Part shown: positions 22,936-36,323 of the stretch, piece by piece
How the letters are laid out: each line of letters begins with the position of its first letter
Position numbering within the stretch: position 1 is the stretch's first letter
NCBI RefSeq assembly: GCF_022045235.1
Contig: NW_027266341.1
Coordinates: forward strand, 6,138,001 to 6,202,000
Length of the DNA: 64,000 nt
Source: Haliotis cracherodii
Taxonomy: Eukaryota
Direction of reading: 5' to 3'
The notes under the pieces: model-generated
Seen by the model: only the letters and a program-made list of their open reading frames with translations
What the model was told of the DNA's origin: nothing
Database searches by the model: none
Position numbers and translations under genes: made by a program

Positions 22936-23759
22936 TCATAAAAGCGAGTAAAATATTAAGTCATGAGAAGTGAGCTAGTGCACGGAATCGGCTCAGTAGG
23001 ATTATAAACTCAACCAAATCACCGCAGACAGACTGAATCGCAATTTACATCAGACAGAAGCGTCGAATAAATGTTTCAATGATAGTATGTCGAGTTTGAA
23101 GTCAGGGGGTAAAATATGCAATATTACATAAAGTGTGTCTCCGTGCAATGGGGTTTCGGACGCTTAAGAAACATGAACAACTGTAAAACATCTCATTCAC
23201 TTTTTAAAGACGAGTTTCTCTTAACAACACACAACCATCAGTATTTACAATATTTGTGTGATGCTATACCCCCGTTATAGAGCGAGTAATTGCGATAAAC
23301 ATGTCCGTTTGAATCCTATGAACCGACGGTATATAAATATATTACTCTATAAGTCGAAAGTGATCAATTTGTAAATCAAGGTGTAACATACCCAGTGTTA
23401 CATAACACTTATATAAATATATTACTGCACCTAAAAGATGCTGAGACAATTTGAATATCACCAAACAGAGACGTACGTAAAATCCCTCCATTCCACCGCA
23501 CATTAAGCATCTTCCACAGCTTTATTTTCATCACAATGACCCAGGTTGTCAGCCTGAAGCTTTGCGCCGATGAGGTTGGTTTGGACATCTCAACACCATG
23601 ACTGACCACCAAATGTATATCCTGGATATCTCTTGGTGCACATACAGTATTAGGTCTTTTCTAGACTCTCAACGTCTCTCAACATAAACGTATATTGTAC
23701 AATTAAGATGGCGCTGAAACGAGACAGAAGACATCATGGAGACATAGCAGCGATAGGGC

Positions 23760-26700
23760 AGCCTTAACACATGGTGGATACAGGAGTACATCCTGAACAC
23801 ATGGCGGATACAGGAGGACACCCTTATCACATGGTGGATACATGAGGACATCTTTAACTCATGGTGCACACAGGAGACATCCTCAACACACGGTGGATAC
23901 ATGAGGACATCCTTAACTCATGGTGCACACAGGAGACATCCTCAACACACGGTGGATACAGGAGGACACCCTTAACACATGGTGGATACAGGAGTACATC
24001 CTGAACACATGGCGGATACAGGAGGACACCCTTAACACATGGTGGATACAGGAGGACACCCATAAAACATGGTGGATACAGGAGGACATCCTTATCACAT
24101 GGTGGATCCAGGTGGACATCCTTATCACATGGTGGATCCAGGTGGACATCCTTATCACATGGTGGATACAGGAGGACATCCTTATCACATGGTGGATACA
24201 AGAGGACACCCTAAACACATGGTGGATACAGGAGGACACCCTAAACACATGGTGGATACAAGAGGACACCCTAAACACATGGTGGATACAGGAGGACACC
24301 CTAAACACATGGTGGATACAGGAGGACATCCTTATCACATGGTGGATACAGGAGGACATCCTTATCACATGGTGGATACAGGAGGACACCCTAAACACAT
24401 GGTGGATACAGGAGGACACCCTAAACACATGGTGGATACAGGAGGACACCCTAAACACATGGTGGATACAGGAGGACATCCTAAACACATGGTGGATACA
24501 AGAGGACACCCTAAACACATGGTGGATACAGGAGGACATCCTTATCACATGGTGGATACAAGAGGACACCCTTAACACATGGTGGATACAGGAGGACACC
24601 CTAAACACATGGTGGATACAGGAGGACATCCTTATCACATGGTGGATACAAGAGGACATCCTAAACACATGGTGGATACAGGAGGACATCCTAAACACAT
24701 GGTGGATACAAGAGGACACCCTAAACACATGGTGGATACAGGAGGACATCCTAAACACATGGTGGATACAAGAGGACACCCTTAACACATGGTGGATACA
24801 GGAGGACACCCTTAACACATGGTGGATACAGGAGGACACCCTAAACACATGGTGGATACAGGAGGACATCCTAAACACATGGTGGATACAAGAGGACATC
24901 CTAAACACATGGTGGATACAAGAGGACATCCTAAACACATGGTGGATACAGGTGGACATCCTAAACACATGGTGGATACAGGAGGACATCCTAAACACAT
25001 GGTGGATACAGGTGGACACCCTAAACACATGGTGGATACAAGAGGACACCCTAAACACATGGTGGATACAGGAGGACATCCTTATCACATGGTGGATACA
25101 GGAGGACACCCTAAACACATGGTGGATACAAGAGGACATCCTAAACACATGGTGGATACAGGAGGACACCCTTAACACATGGTGGATACAGGTGGACATC
25201 CTTATCACATGGTGGATCCAGGTGGACATCCTTATCACATGGTGGATCCAGGTGGACATCCTTATCACATGGTGGATACAGGAAGACATCCTTATCACAT
25301 GGTGCATACAGGAGGACATTCTAAGCACATGGTGGATACAGGGGGACATCCTTCACACATGGTGGATACAGGAGGACATCCTTATCACATGGTGGATACA
25401 GGAGGACACCCTTATCACGCGGTGGATACAGGAGGACATTCTCAACACATGGCGGATACAGGAGGACATTCTTAACACATGGCGGATACAGGATGACATC
25501 CTTAACACATGGCGGATACAGGAGGACATCCTCAACACATGGCGGATACAGGACATCCTTATCACACGGCGGATACAGAGGGACGCCCTTAACACACGGC
25601 GGACACAGGAGGACATCCTTATCACACGATGGGTACAGGAGGGCATCTTTAACACATGGCGGATACAGGATGACATCCTTATCACACGGTGGGTACAGAG
25701 GAACACACTTAACACACGGTGGATACAGAGGGACGCCCTTAACACACGGCGGATACAGGATGACATCCTTATCACACAATGGGTACAGAGGGACGCCCTT
25801 AACACACGGTGGATACAGAGGGACGCCCTTAACACACGGCGGATACAGGATGACATCCTTATCACACGGTGCGTACAGAGGGATGCCCTTAACACACGGT
25901 GGATACAGAGGGACGCCCTTAACACACGGCGGATACAGAGGGACGCCCTTAACACACGGCGGGTACAGGAGGACGCCCTTAACACATGGCGGATACAGAG
26001 GGACGCCCTTAACACACGGTGGACACAGGAGAAAAATCCTTATCACACGGTGGGTACAGAGGGACGCCCTTAACACACGGTGGATACAGAGGGACGACCT
26101 TAACACACGGCGGATAGAGAGGGACGCCCTTAACACACGGCGGATACAGAGGGACGCCCTTAACACACGGTGGATACAGGAGGACATCCTTATCACACGG
26201 TGGGTACAGAGGGACACCCTTAACACACGGTGGATACAGAGGGACGCCCTTAACAAAAGGCGGATACAGGAGGACATCCTTATCACACGGTGGGTACAGG
26301 AGGGCATCTTTAACACATGGCGCATACAAGAAGAGACCCTTAATACACGGCGGATACAGGGGGACACCCTTAACATACGGCGGATACAGGATGACATCCT
26401 AAACACATGGCGGATACAGGATGACATCCTAAACACATGGCGGATACAGGTTGACATCCTAAACACATGGCGGATACAGGAGGACATCCTTAACTCATGG
26501 TGCAAACAGGAGACATCCTCAACACATGGTGGATACAGGAGGACACCCTTAACACATGGTGGATACAGGAGGACACCCTAAACACATGGTGGATACAGGA
26601 GGACATCCTAAACACATGGTGGATACAGGTGGACATCCTAAACACATGGTGGATACAGGAGGACACCCTAAACACATGGTGGATACAGGAGGACATCCTA

Positions 26701-27210
26701 AACACATGGTGGATACAGGTGGACATCCTAAACACATGGTGGATACAGGAGGACATCCTAAACACATGGTGGATACAAGAGGATATCCTTATCACATGGT
26801 GGATACAGGAGGACATTCTAAACACATGGTGGATACAGGATGACATCCTTCACACATGGCGGATACAGAGGGACGCCCTTAACACATGGTGGATACAGGA
26901 TGACATCCTTATCACACGGTGGATACAGAGGGACGCCCTTAACACACGGCGGATACAGGATGACATCCTTATCACACGGTGGGTACAGAGGGACGCCCTT
27001 AACACACGGCGGCTACAGAGGGACGCCCTTAACACACGGCGGCTACAGAGGGACGCCCTTAACACACGGCGGACACAGGAGGACATCCTTATCACACGAT
27101 GGGTACAGAGGGACGCCCTTAACACACGGTGGATACAGAGGGACGCCCTTAACACACGGCAGATACAAAGGGACGCCCTTAACACACGGTGGATACAGGA
27201 GGACATCCCT
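23760..27210 (+). repeat. 30-bp minisatellite, ~115 units, with variant blocks
   Basis: Unit CT(T/A)A(A/T)CACATGGTGGATACAGGAGGACA(T/C)C; second variant AACACACGG(C/T)GGATACAGAGGGACGCCCTT; explains the long repetitive ORFs in several frames. Confidence 0.97.
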
Positions 27211-28552
27211 ATGATTGCAGCATAAATGAAACAATATGTCATTTGCAATCTGTTGTACTGGAGGGAGCTAATCTGTCAGTTACTGATGAAGAATGTTGCT
27301 TATTTCTGAATATCTTTGGACTTTCTCAACTTAGAAGAAAACAATTTCTGCCTGGAAGTAATAGGTAGCTGAGGTTCTATTTACACTGAAGCGTGCGCAA
27401 GTCCTTTTCGCAAGTTCATTTCAGCTTTGAACATTGCATAATTGACAGGCTTGTATCCTCAACATGTACTTACATGTTCAACATACAAGTGCAGGGGACT
27501 CGAAGCTTACTTCTCAAAAGCTGCAACGCAGTGTTCAATGTTCAGACGAAGGCCCAATGTAGGCAATATATATTCTGTGAACCGCCTACTTGTCTCTAAC
27601 GCGTTTTGTGAATTGGTTCAACTGATCCTGGATTACCAGTAGGTGGACGAATGTAGTGAACTAACTGGAATGTAAGGGGGACAACTCACTGAATCATATC
27701 GATCCCAACGACCGTGATAGAATTGGACAGAAATTGCATTTTTACGAACGCTTCACTCAGTTCAGAGTAAACACATTACCGCGTCAGTTTTATACAGAAA
27801 CACGGCTTTAAACAGAAACATGGCCTTCTTCAACCCTGATCATCAACTCAAGTGTTCGAGTAACCTTGTGTCCTGTTTATGTCTTCCTTTCACACGCGGT
27901 TGACACCCCGTGATGTGTCTGAAACACCGTTGAAGTGACGCTGACGCCAACCGCAATCACTCACTGTTGTCGGTCCAGAACGTTTGTCTTCATTACAATA
28001 GTCCTGGGGACAGAAAGTTTGAAGAGGTCATCGTTAACTCGGTTATTCGAGTTATTTAAGCATTATCTAACGAAAGCCGTGGACATTTACCACTTCGATG
28101 AAAACCATCAGGAATACAAGCTTCAGAGTCGGACATGAATCATGATAATAGATTATTTTAGTTTTCGATGTTTCAGTCGCTGTGGTTTTAGCAAATGTTT
28201 GTTACAAAATGTTCGGTTCATTGAATAATACATTGTGCGGACACAAGAGGGCTTTGACACTGGCATATGTAACAAGGGGAAGACAAGCAATACAGAATTT
28301 AGAAGTAATTTGATGTTGGATTCGGAATTTGTGATTACTCTTTGCCCTTGAAACTGTGTTGTTAGTCATATACACATGTGACCTACGCTGATAACAATTT
28401 ATCAGACTGTAACACATTATATGTAGATTAATGGATTCGTTAAACGGCTGAGCCGAGTGACACTTGAGATGCAAAATCATGACTAGTCGGAGCCTTCAAC
28501 ACTACCCATTGATGTTCGTGGTTGAAATCTACTCCTTGGTTAGATTTGAATG

Positions 28553-28690
28553 CGAGAGGATTTTACGCCGCTCTGGGCAATATTTTAGTTACTAGTTTTA
28601 CACGGCGGAGAAAGTGATTTTACCCATTGTAATATTGTCGGGAATGGAACCCGAATATGACAAGCAAACGTTATAACTAGGCTAACCAAC
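28553..28690 (-). mobile_element. SINE family A, degenerate
   Basis: TTTTACGCCGCT..CACGGCGG..CATTGTA..GTCGGGAATGGAACCCG..ACTAGGCTA. Confidence 0.6.
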
Positions 28691-28856
28691 ATGCAGATCA
28701 CTAGCAAACCGTAATTCTTAGAATCTGGCCGAGGAAAACACTTTCTATCGGGGAACGCTGACACAATAGGTCACCATTTGCTATCACCCGTTATAATCGG
28801 CACTTACGACAAGGATGGAGTAATGGGGTCCTTGTTGTCGCAGGAGAGGTATAATA

Positions 28857-28987
28857 TGTGTGCGCGCGCGTTCGCGTGTGTGTGTGCGCGCATCCGTGTG
28901 TTTGTGTTTGAGTGCGTGCGTGCGTGCGTGAGTGTGTGTGCTTGCGTGCGTGCGTGCGTGTGTCTGTGCGTGTGCGTGTGTGTGAGT
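28857..28987. repeat. Compound (GT)n/(GCGT)n microsatellite
   Basis: Direct reading. Confidence 0.95.
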
Positions 28988-29679
28988 GCTTATACTGCTC
29001 CGGACTTATGCTGGTTTTATTATGTCAGCCCGCTTAAATACCATGGAGCAGTTTAACATTGATACCATACCAGACAAAGTATACTGACTCGGCAGATCAG
29101 TCCTTGGTTTACTCCCCGAAGGCCATGCGCCAGACAAGCGAGTGAATGAGTTGACACAGATAACACACATTAAAGTCTACATGACAGATTACATGATTCG
29201 ACAGCAAGGTTGAGATGAGTTAATGTCGTGACAAGTCGTCCGTCGCCAACGTGGTTGTCCCTGAACCTTTCAGATGTGCTATTAATTCTTCAATGGATTT
29301 AACCATGCATTATTGCTAAAACGGCATCTGTCGTGTGTACTCGCGTCTCAAATCGTCATTGACTGTCCTAATCTCTACCACAAGGCCTTGAAAACTGAAT
29401 CTACATTCCGAGTTGTTCATCCGTTAATCAATGTACATGCATTCTAGGTTCATTTAGCTTATTAACAATGTACAACGTTGTTTATACATGTCAATGGTAA
29501 ATATATATTTTGTGTTTAAACTGTCACTTCAAACTATCGTTAAATATTATTAGTATATATGTGAATTATATTATAAATACAGGTATGTTAGAGTCGGAAT
29601 TCTACAATAGACTCTGCCTTTATATTTTTTTTATATTTAGCAGACATTTCTTATGATCATGGGTTTGGTTTCTATCGCT

Positions 29680-30242
29680 TTAATTTGCATAATAATGATC
29701 CCTAGGTGCATGATCTTTCCGGTGCTCCATTCCAAGTAGCAATCTGATCACTAACACTATCATAAGTCCGTGTAAAAGAATGGGAGTTACGGTCGACTTA
29801 GTGCTGAATCCGTTTTGTTGAACGAGGCCCTGGTCCCTTAAAGGAACACTTTGCTCCATCATCTGCCGTAAATGTCCAGTTTTAAGCCATACGTTGTTAT
29901 AAGTGTCTTGAGTAAAATTGAGTCAACAGTACCGAACAGTACTTTATTTCTCTCAGTTGAGTACATCGGCACATGCATTACAAACAGTAATTTACATGAG
30001 GGCTGACCGAGGTTTGTGCCGACACTCTTCTTTATCACGTTAACAAAATCAAATTTACATAGTTCCTTTGTGTAGATATCTTTTGGCAGTTTAATAATTG
30101 TTGGAAATGCAACATTTGTGGTTGTTTTGACTATTAATTCGAAATGTATATTTCCCTTTTTCATTGGAATATTTATATTTGAAGACATTGTGGAATTAAT
30201 CGCCAAAACCATAACTACCACGCAATTTGCATAAACGTTCAT
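29680..30242 (-). pseudogene. Possible frameshifted small membrane/secreted protein
   Basis: 127-aa ATG ORF with hydrophobic N-terminus (MNVYANCVVVMVLAINSTMS) overlapping via ATGA a 60-aa ORF with hydrophobic stretch ILLHGLMIVLVIRLLL; no recognised family. Confidence 0.25.
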
Positions 30243-30504
30243 TCAACGGAGTTTTATGCCATCCTCAAGTTTCTGTTAAAAACGGAGACAAGATGTCCTA
30301 GAGAATAGTAGTTAAAGGGATGGGGATGGTAAGTGTATCATATATGTGTCCATGCATGTGTTTCGATTTTTAACATACATACCCTTCAAATGACTTGAAG
30401 GAAATTGGCCGGGGCTGCAAATTGATGATCCCTTTGAGATAATTGACATTTTGACTTCAAATACATTATTGGACAATACTATGCACAGTCTCCATTTAAG
30501 TGTA

Positions 30505-30742
30505 TTAGTGAGTCAGTTGGTTGTGTTAAACACCGATTTTAACAGTATCCCAGTTTTATTATCATTCCAGTAAATTTGATGTGGATGGGAAGGCCGAAGT
30601 TATGCAGGTCTAAGACGTTTAACACTTTGGTGAAACCCACGAGCACAGGTATCGTCCTGACAACCTAGAAACACAATTGGGGCGTAACGGGATTCGAACC
30701 CACAATCAAAGGTTTCTGGCGTGTCCAAGGGAGGTAACTCTG
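30505..30742 (-). mobile_element. SINE family B, 5'-truncated
   Basis: GGTGAAACCCACGAGCAC..GGGATTCGAACCCACAATC..GGTTTCTGGCGTGTCCAAGGGA. Confidence 0.8.
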
Positions 30743-31922
30743 GACATGTACATTATTTGACAATACTGTTGCACAGAATAACGGACCGATGGACCCCTTC
30801 ACATGGAATGGTTCCAGTGTTGACATACAGCAGCACAATCACGTTTGTTATTAACATCAGCATTTTTGTCTTAATGGAGCGAGTATCAAACGACGTATTT
30901 TCTCAGAAGATGACCATTAGCCTCCGGCAAAATTGGGCCTTGAGAAGGAAGAAGCCCTGGTAATGACCCGGATGTAATCGCCGACTCAGAAACCCCTTCC
31001 CGTAATATCCAGCAGTTGAACGGCGTTATTAAACAATTGTGCTGAGAAATCATATCCGAGCCGTCTGCTTTTCATATAACTTCGTAATTATAACATAACA
31101 TCATTTCTGTTTGAATGTGCGCTGCAAAGTCGTCTTAAGCCGTATCTGTGTATAGGACATTATCAATAACTGAAGCTACATAAGAGCACAGCTGGATCTC
31201 TGAAGGGTTGGGTGTGAACTATTATTGCTTGCGTCTGAGTGCTTTGACGCTGTAATTGTTCATGGCACAAAATTATTACACTACACATGGGGGTAGATCA
31301 AACTATCTCTTTTTCGAAGATGGTGATTTGAAGACTAACCTTATCTTGAAGTCTTCAAACAAGGTCAACTGCACCCTTACGTTAAGGGACAAAATACGTT
31401 TTAAACATACAAAACACCTCTAGAAGGGCTACGAAGGGTTTAACTAAGTCACATCTCAATACCCGTATAGAGTGTGTGTGTGATTACCCACAATCCCACG
31501 TATCAATAACAAAGTGTATGTATTTTTTTTTAAATTTGGTTCGATTTAATCAAATTACTCGAATACCGCAAATGCATTGTTGGGCGGAGCTAAGAAATGT
31601 GAAAATAGCCGAAATTCTGTGTCGATACCAAAACCGGGATTTGCGACCGACATCATGTCAACGGCTTGGGGCGTAAAATGGCGTCGACGAGGGACGAACC
31701 TGTCGGAGGAAGACCAACAGCGGTCGTTTTTGTTTGACTGCAGTATGTTGCTAAATGCCCTACGCTGAGCAACAGACTGTGTCGACTGTGTGACTTTTCG
31801 AGAGATTGTTCATTCCTGAGGTCAGTGGATGACACAGTTTATAGAGCATCAACGCCCGCCTCGGACAACTTTGTGGCTGCTTTGGCACGAAAACCGTGGT
31901 TTGTACATGTGTGTGATAATCC

Positions 31923-31924
<2 letters not shown>

Positions 31925-32003
<79 letters not shown>
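31925..32003. repeat. (TG)n microsatellite, ~39 units
   Basis: Direct reading. Confidence 0.98.
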
Positions 32004-32006
<3 letters not shown>

Positions 32007-32189
32007 CGTACTTAGGGATGGAGGTAAGCTACAAACTCCAGAGTGCCCATATCAAAGAAAACTTCGGGCAGAGAACAAAAGTAGACTTTTGACAAAAGTA
32101 AACAAAAGTCGAAAATCTGGAGTCCTAAGCTGAACGCTCGCATTTAAGTCGCATATGTATATTCGTAATACGGAGAGGACATAAGCCTA

Positions 32190-33860
32190 TAGTACATGCT
32201 ATATAGTAATGGGTGTATTTATATGTTCTCTCAGGATCCCCATATTTCTTCCCGTCTCGGTAAAGATTCCTTGTGAACCACATCTGAATCTTGCAAGTGC
32301 AATTCGAAATGTTTTAGTGTCACATCTAATAAGTATTGCTCTCCACATAAGCTGTTTATAAAAGGTAATAACTTGATGGTTTCTTTCATATTGATAAGGA
32401 CAAATGCCAATTTTGAATGTACAAATCTTCCAGGGTCTGCGTGAAAGCATTTATGAAATGATCTGGTACACACGTATCCTGTTCTGTCCATATATTACCA
32501 TAACCACATGAATAAAGTTAATGCTTAACAGAAGATGCCCAGTCAGTGTGTCCTTGTTGATCAAAGAGTAATAACATGTTATAACATTTCTTTGGATGTC
32601 TAGTTGCAGGCATTTTAACTAATTTAATCCAGTATTTTATCGTCTTTAACTTTGGAAATATAATTATGAGTTTCATCCACATTCTCCATACACCATTAGA
32701 TTAGACGTACTAGGTTTCACACCGAGGAATCTTTTGCATGCATATAAATGTACTTTTTTCTATAACATCAATCATTTCTAGTCCCCAAACCTCTGCAACA
32801 TATAACAAACTTGGGCTTATTTTGGTGTCGAAAATCTTTAAGAATGTATTATAGGATATATGTCCAAGAATTCCAATTAGGACCTTTGACAGCTGCCTGG
32901 TTAACGTGCATCTTCCATGACAATCTATTTGTAAAATATACACTCAAATACTTATAGAACGATACAACATCTAATGAATGTCTTTGGTAAAACCATTCCT
33001 CCCTTCTTGCCAGTGTATCATCATTTTTTAAAAACAATAACTTTTGTCTTATTCTTGTTGACAAATATATTCCATTCTTTGCAGTAACATTCCAGCTGAT
33101 TAATTTGCTTTTGTAGTCCATGTATTGTGCTTGAAAGCATTACTATATCGGCAAACAAAAGAAGAAATAACTTTATAGTTTCCGGATGAAGTTGGATGCC
33201 ATCAGAACATTTCTACTAAGTTTGTGCACCCTTGCTTAACGCCAATTTTGCTATCAAATGTGTCAGACACAGTACCGTTATTTCGCACACAAACCTTTAT
33301 ATTCTGATACATACAGCACATTAACTTTCCAATTTTACTGCTAAGACTATGTGCTTTGAAACGTGACAATTATTTATTTCTGCTAACAGAATCAAAAGCT
33401 TTAGATAAATCTACATGAAATGCGTATAATTTACCCCCTTCTTTGCTAGGTACTTTTCCATTATTGTTTGCAACATAAATATATTATCAATTGTTGAGTA
33501 TCCTTGCCTGAAACCAGATTGAGACTCACTAATCTTTTCATAAGCATCAGCCCAGAATTCTAATCTTTTGTTAATGATATATATGAACACTTTGCTAGAA
33601 ATGCATGATAACACTATACCTCGACAGTTATTTGTATCATTCACTGAACCCTGTTTATGGAGAGGGACGATTATACCAAGTGCCAAGTCTTCAGGAAATA
33701 TTATGTTTCCAGTATAATATTAAAACTCAACTCCAGATATGTTACAAGGATATGTCTGTAGAATGTTTATAAAACACTGATGTAAGTTTGTCATATCCAG
33801 CTGATATAGCATTGTTAAGATGAGAAATGCTTTCTCTTATTTCATCACTCGTAATCGAGG
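32190..33860 (-). mobile_element. Decayed APE-type LINE reverse transcriptase region (CR1/L2/RTE-X-like)
   Basis: GIIVPLHKQG..CRGIVLSCISSKVF..ESQSGFRQGYSTIDNIFML; DLSKAFDSVSR (~33380-33410); LFLLLFAD (~33150); IFDTKISPSLLYVAEVWG; ALARFRCGSQGIFTETGR; many stops/frameshifts. Confidence 0.9.
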
Positions 33861-33899
33861 TCTCGAGGATGTCTCGTGATAATTCGATATCATCATATG

Positions 33900-34500
33900 T
33901 TATATTGTCATCTTCAAATCTTCAATAAAGTAAAAGCCACAAACACTTATGCTGAACCCTTCCTTTCGTATTCCTTTGGTGTTGTTGATTTGACAAAGGA
34001 AGACATTCAGGGTATTGAAACCCTAACACGAAGAATCATGTTAGACAATAGATCCCGCCACCCTCGCTCTTCCCTCAAACGCATATATTTACCAATTATG
34101 ATGGGAGGGCGTGGCATGATTAACGTGGAGGCTCAATGACATTGTTGATTTTATTGATAGTTCTGTACTGCTGGACGGAACAGAAATGTATGCCAACCAA
34201 GCGAAGTGCCATATCAAATCGCCTCTGACTCAGTTTTTCTAGGGAGAAACGTTCGGAACGACCACTGCATCGAGTTAATGTGCAGTGTTTTGAGTCCTTC
34301 GCTTGGATAGAGACAGCTGGCCTGAAAAGTGAAACAGAAGGCTTTCTTTTTGCTGCTCGGGACCAGTCACCTCCCACTAGGAACAGTCAATGTGTGATTT
34401 TGCATCAAAATAAAAGTGTAGATTATGCAGTGGATTTAATGAGACTACCTGGCAGTCTGCTGATGCCCAGTTTTGGCACAAACAAAGTATCTTAAGCGAT
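33900..34500 (+). mobile_element. R4/Dong-clade (RLE-type) non-LTR retrotransposon fragment
   Basis: NKVKATNTYAEPFLSYSFGVV, HPRSSLKRIYLPIMMGGRGM, WIETAGLKSETEGFLFAARDQS..TRN: motifs typical of the RT-thumb/C-terminal region of R4/Dong elements. Confidence 0.8.
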
Positions 34501-36323
34501 TTATTACCCTCTTCGCAATGCTTGTGGTTTTGACACAGAGGTCCATCCATTGTACGACCCAAAATATGTAGAGGGCGTCAAAGAGTATGAAAAATAGACA
34601 TTTCTTTGGAATAGGCTCGTTGCAAGGGCCCTCACTGAGCATGCCTGACTTTGCCAGGATCACCCAAACCTTCTTTGAAGCATTTATTTATTTTAAGCTG
34701 TAAATAAAAATAATGATATAGTTAATTCATTGAAGCATATTCAAAGCGTTTACACCATTATTAGCCCGGTAACTGGATCAGTGTGCACTCGATCTCGTTT
34801 GGACTCGCATATATAGAGGCCACCGTCATAAAGCTGCAATAGCGACGTTAAGCCACAAACAACAAACGTATATTTTTAAAAAAGACAGGAATATTGATCT
34901 GCAGTAATTCTACGCTGACAAAAAGCAGAATATCGGAGACACTGGTGCCACAGAATTAGTATTTTCCACTTTTGAACTGTCTCAACTGCAATGAATACAT
35001 CGCAACTTTATAATATGTTGCCTGCCTTCTGGACCAATATATCTACCTCCAAATTTCAAAGAACTGACAAAGTGATTTGCCTATTTCTGAAAATGTGAGA
35101 AAAAAACCCATCTGCCTAGACATTGGAACCAGCGATCTCTTGATTGTTACACAACCTTCGGCGATGTCTGGCTTGCCACACATAAATTTGAACCGGATAA
35201 TCAATTCCTTGCGTTTATAGAGTTATATATCTTGCAAATTCATTTCTCGACGTCAAAGGACCAAGAGGTTCTTATGCATACAGACGCAGCCTACGATAAC
35301 TTAATGTTCTCCTGGACCCATAGCGCCTTGCCCAAGTGCCGATAATGTCGGGCCTTTGACGTACTGACAGTGGACTGTCAAAAGTAAGACGACTTTAGCC
35401 TCTGTTCGACCTAAGATTTCGCCATCTCACGCTATGGGAAATAAAACTCCGTGTAGTAGAAAACCGATAAGTAAATATTAACTCAATTATTTAGCAGGTA
35501 GGATTTATCTTTGGCAGAATACGTGATTATATTTTGAAGATTGTCAAGAGGTCTTTGCGACAGAGATTTAATGTCCCTCGATGATGCCACACAGATACAA
35601 TAAGCAACCTATTTTCTCAGCTTTACGGCGTCAGTGTACATTATAAACGCCAGTTATGAAAGCTGACCCAGTACGGGACTTTGGGGAATAATGTGTGCAT
35701 GAAACAATGCAGTTGTTTGTCGTGAATAATCTTCTTTTGTGTCTTCTTTCATCACTTCATTGCCCTCCAAGCTCTCGTTTCACCAATGAAATAGCAGTAA
35801 TTCCACGTTAAGGATGCCATTATCACTTGCAAAGACAGTCCTGGGGATTAAACTCTTACAAAACAAGGATCCTTCTGGCCAATCTGTTATTTCAGTTTTG
35901 ATCGTATAAACGCAAGGCTTTATGTCACCAAAGCAAACAAGTACCTAATCACACACTTCTAAACTGTGACTTTCCATTGTCCGAATTTAGGTTAAATGTC
36001 AGCCCTGATGCAGGGTGTTAGAGACATCAAATTGAGAAAAAGCTTTTATCGTTCGAAGGATTTCCATTGGCGTAAAATAGGTGTTGCTTCTTTCATACAT
36101 TGATAGAAAATCCCTTGTTACTCAATGAACTTAAAAGACCATATTAAACTAAAATTGATTTAGTTTGTCTGTGTGCTTTATTGCCATTGCGACCTTTGAT
36201 TTTCTTTTTTGTGTCGCTACTAAGTGCTGTTAGTCAGCCTGTAATATAACAGACAGAGACAGCTTTATTGACAGTGCAATATAAGTAATCCCAAGTATGT
36301 CATGCTTGTCTTGACTTAAAACT

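Noticed and set aside
23760-27210. CRISPR-like array or genuine 717-aa/478-aa genes
   Set aside because: Units are contiguous with no unique spacers; ORFs occur in several frames on both strands simply because the 30-bp unit lacks stops; no cas genes; eukaryotic context.
31660-31920. Promoter/first exon (AAAATGGCG YY1-like motif plus ATG in CpG-rich patch)
   Set aside because: Frame from the ATG stops after 19 codons, no convincing donor or downstream exons; insufficient support.
34911-35638. Tc1-like MITE bounded by TACGCTGAC / GTCAGTGTA
   Set aside because: Only ~9 bp imperfect inverted match; could be chance.
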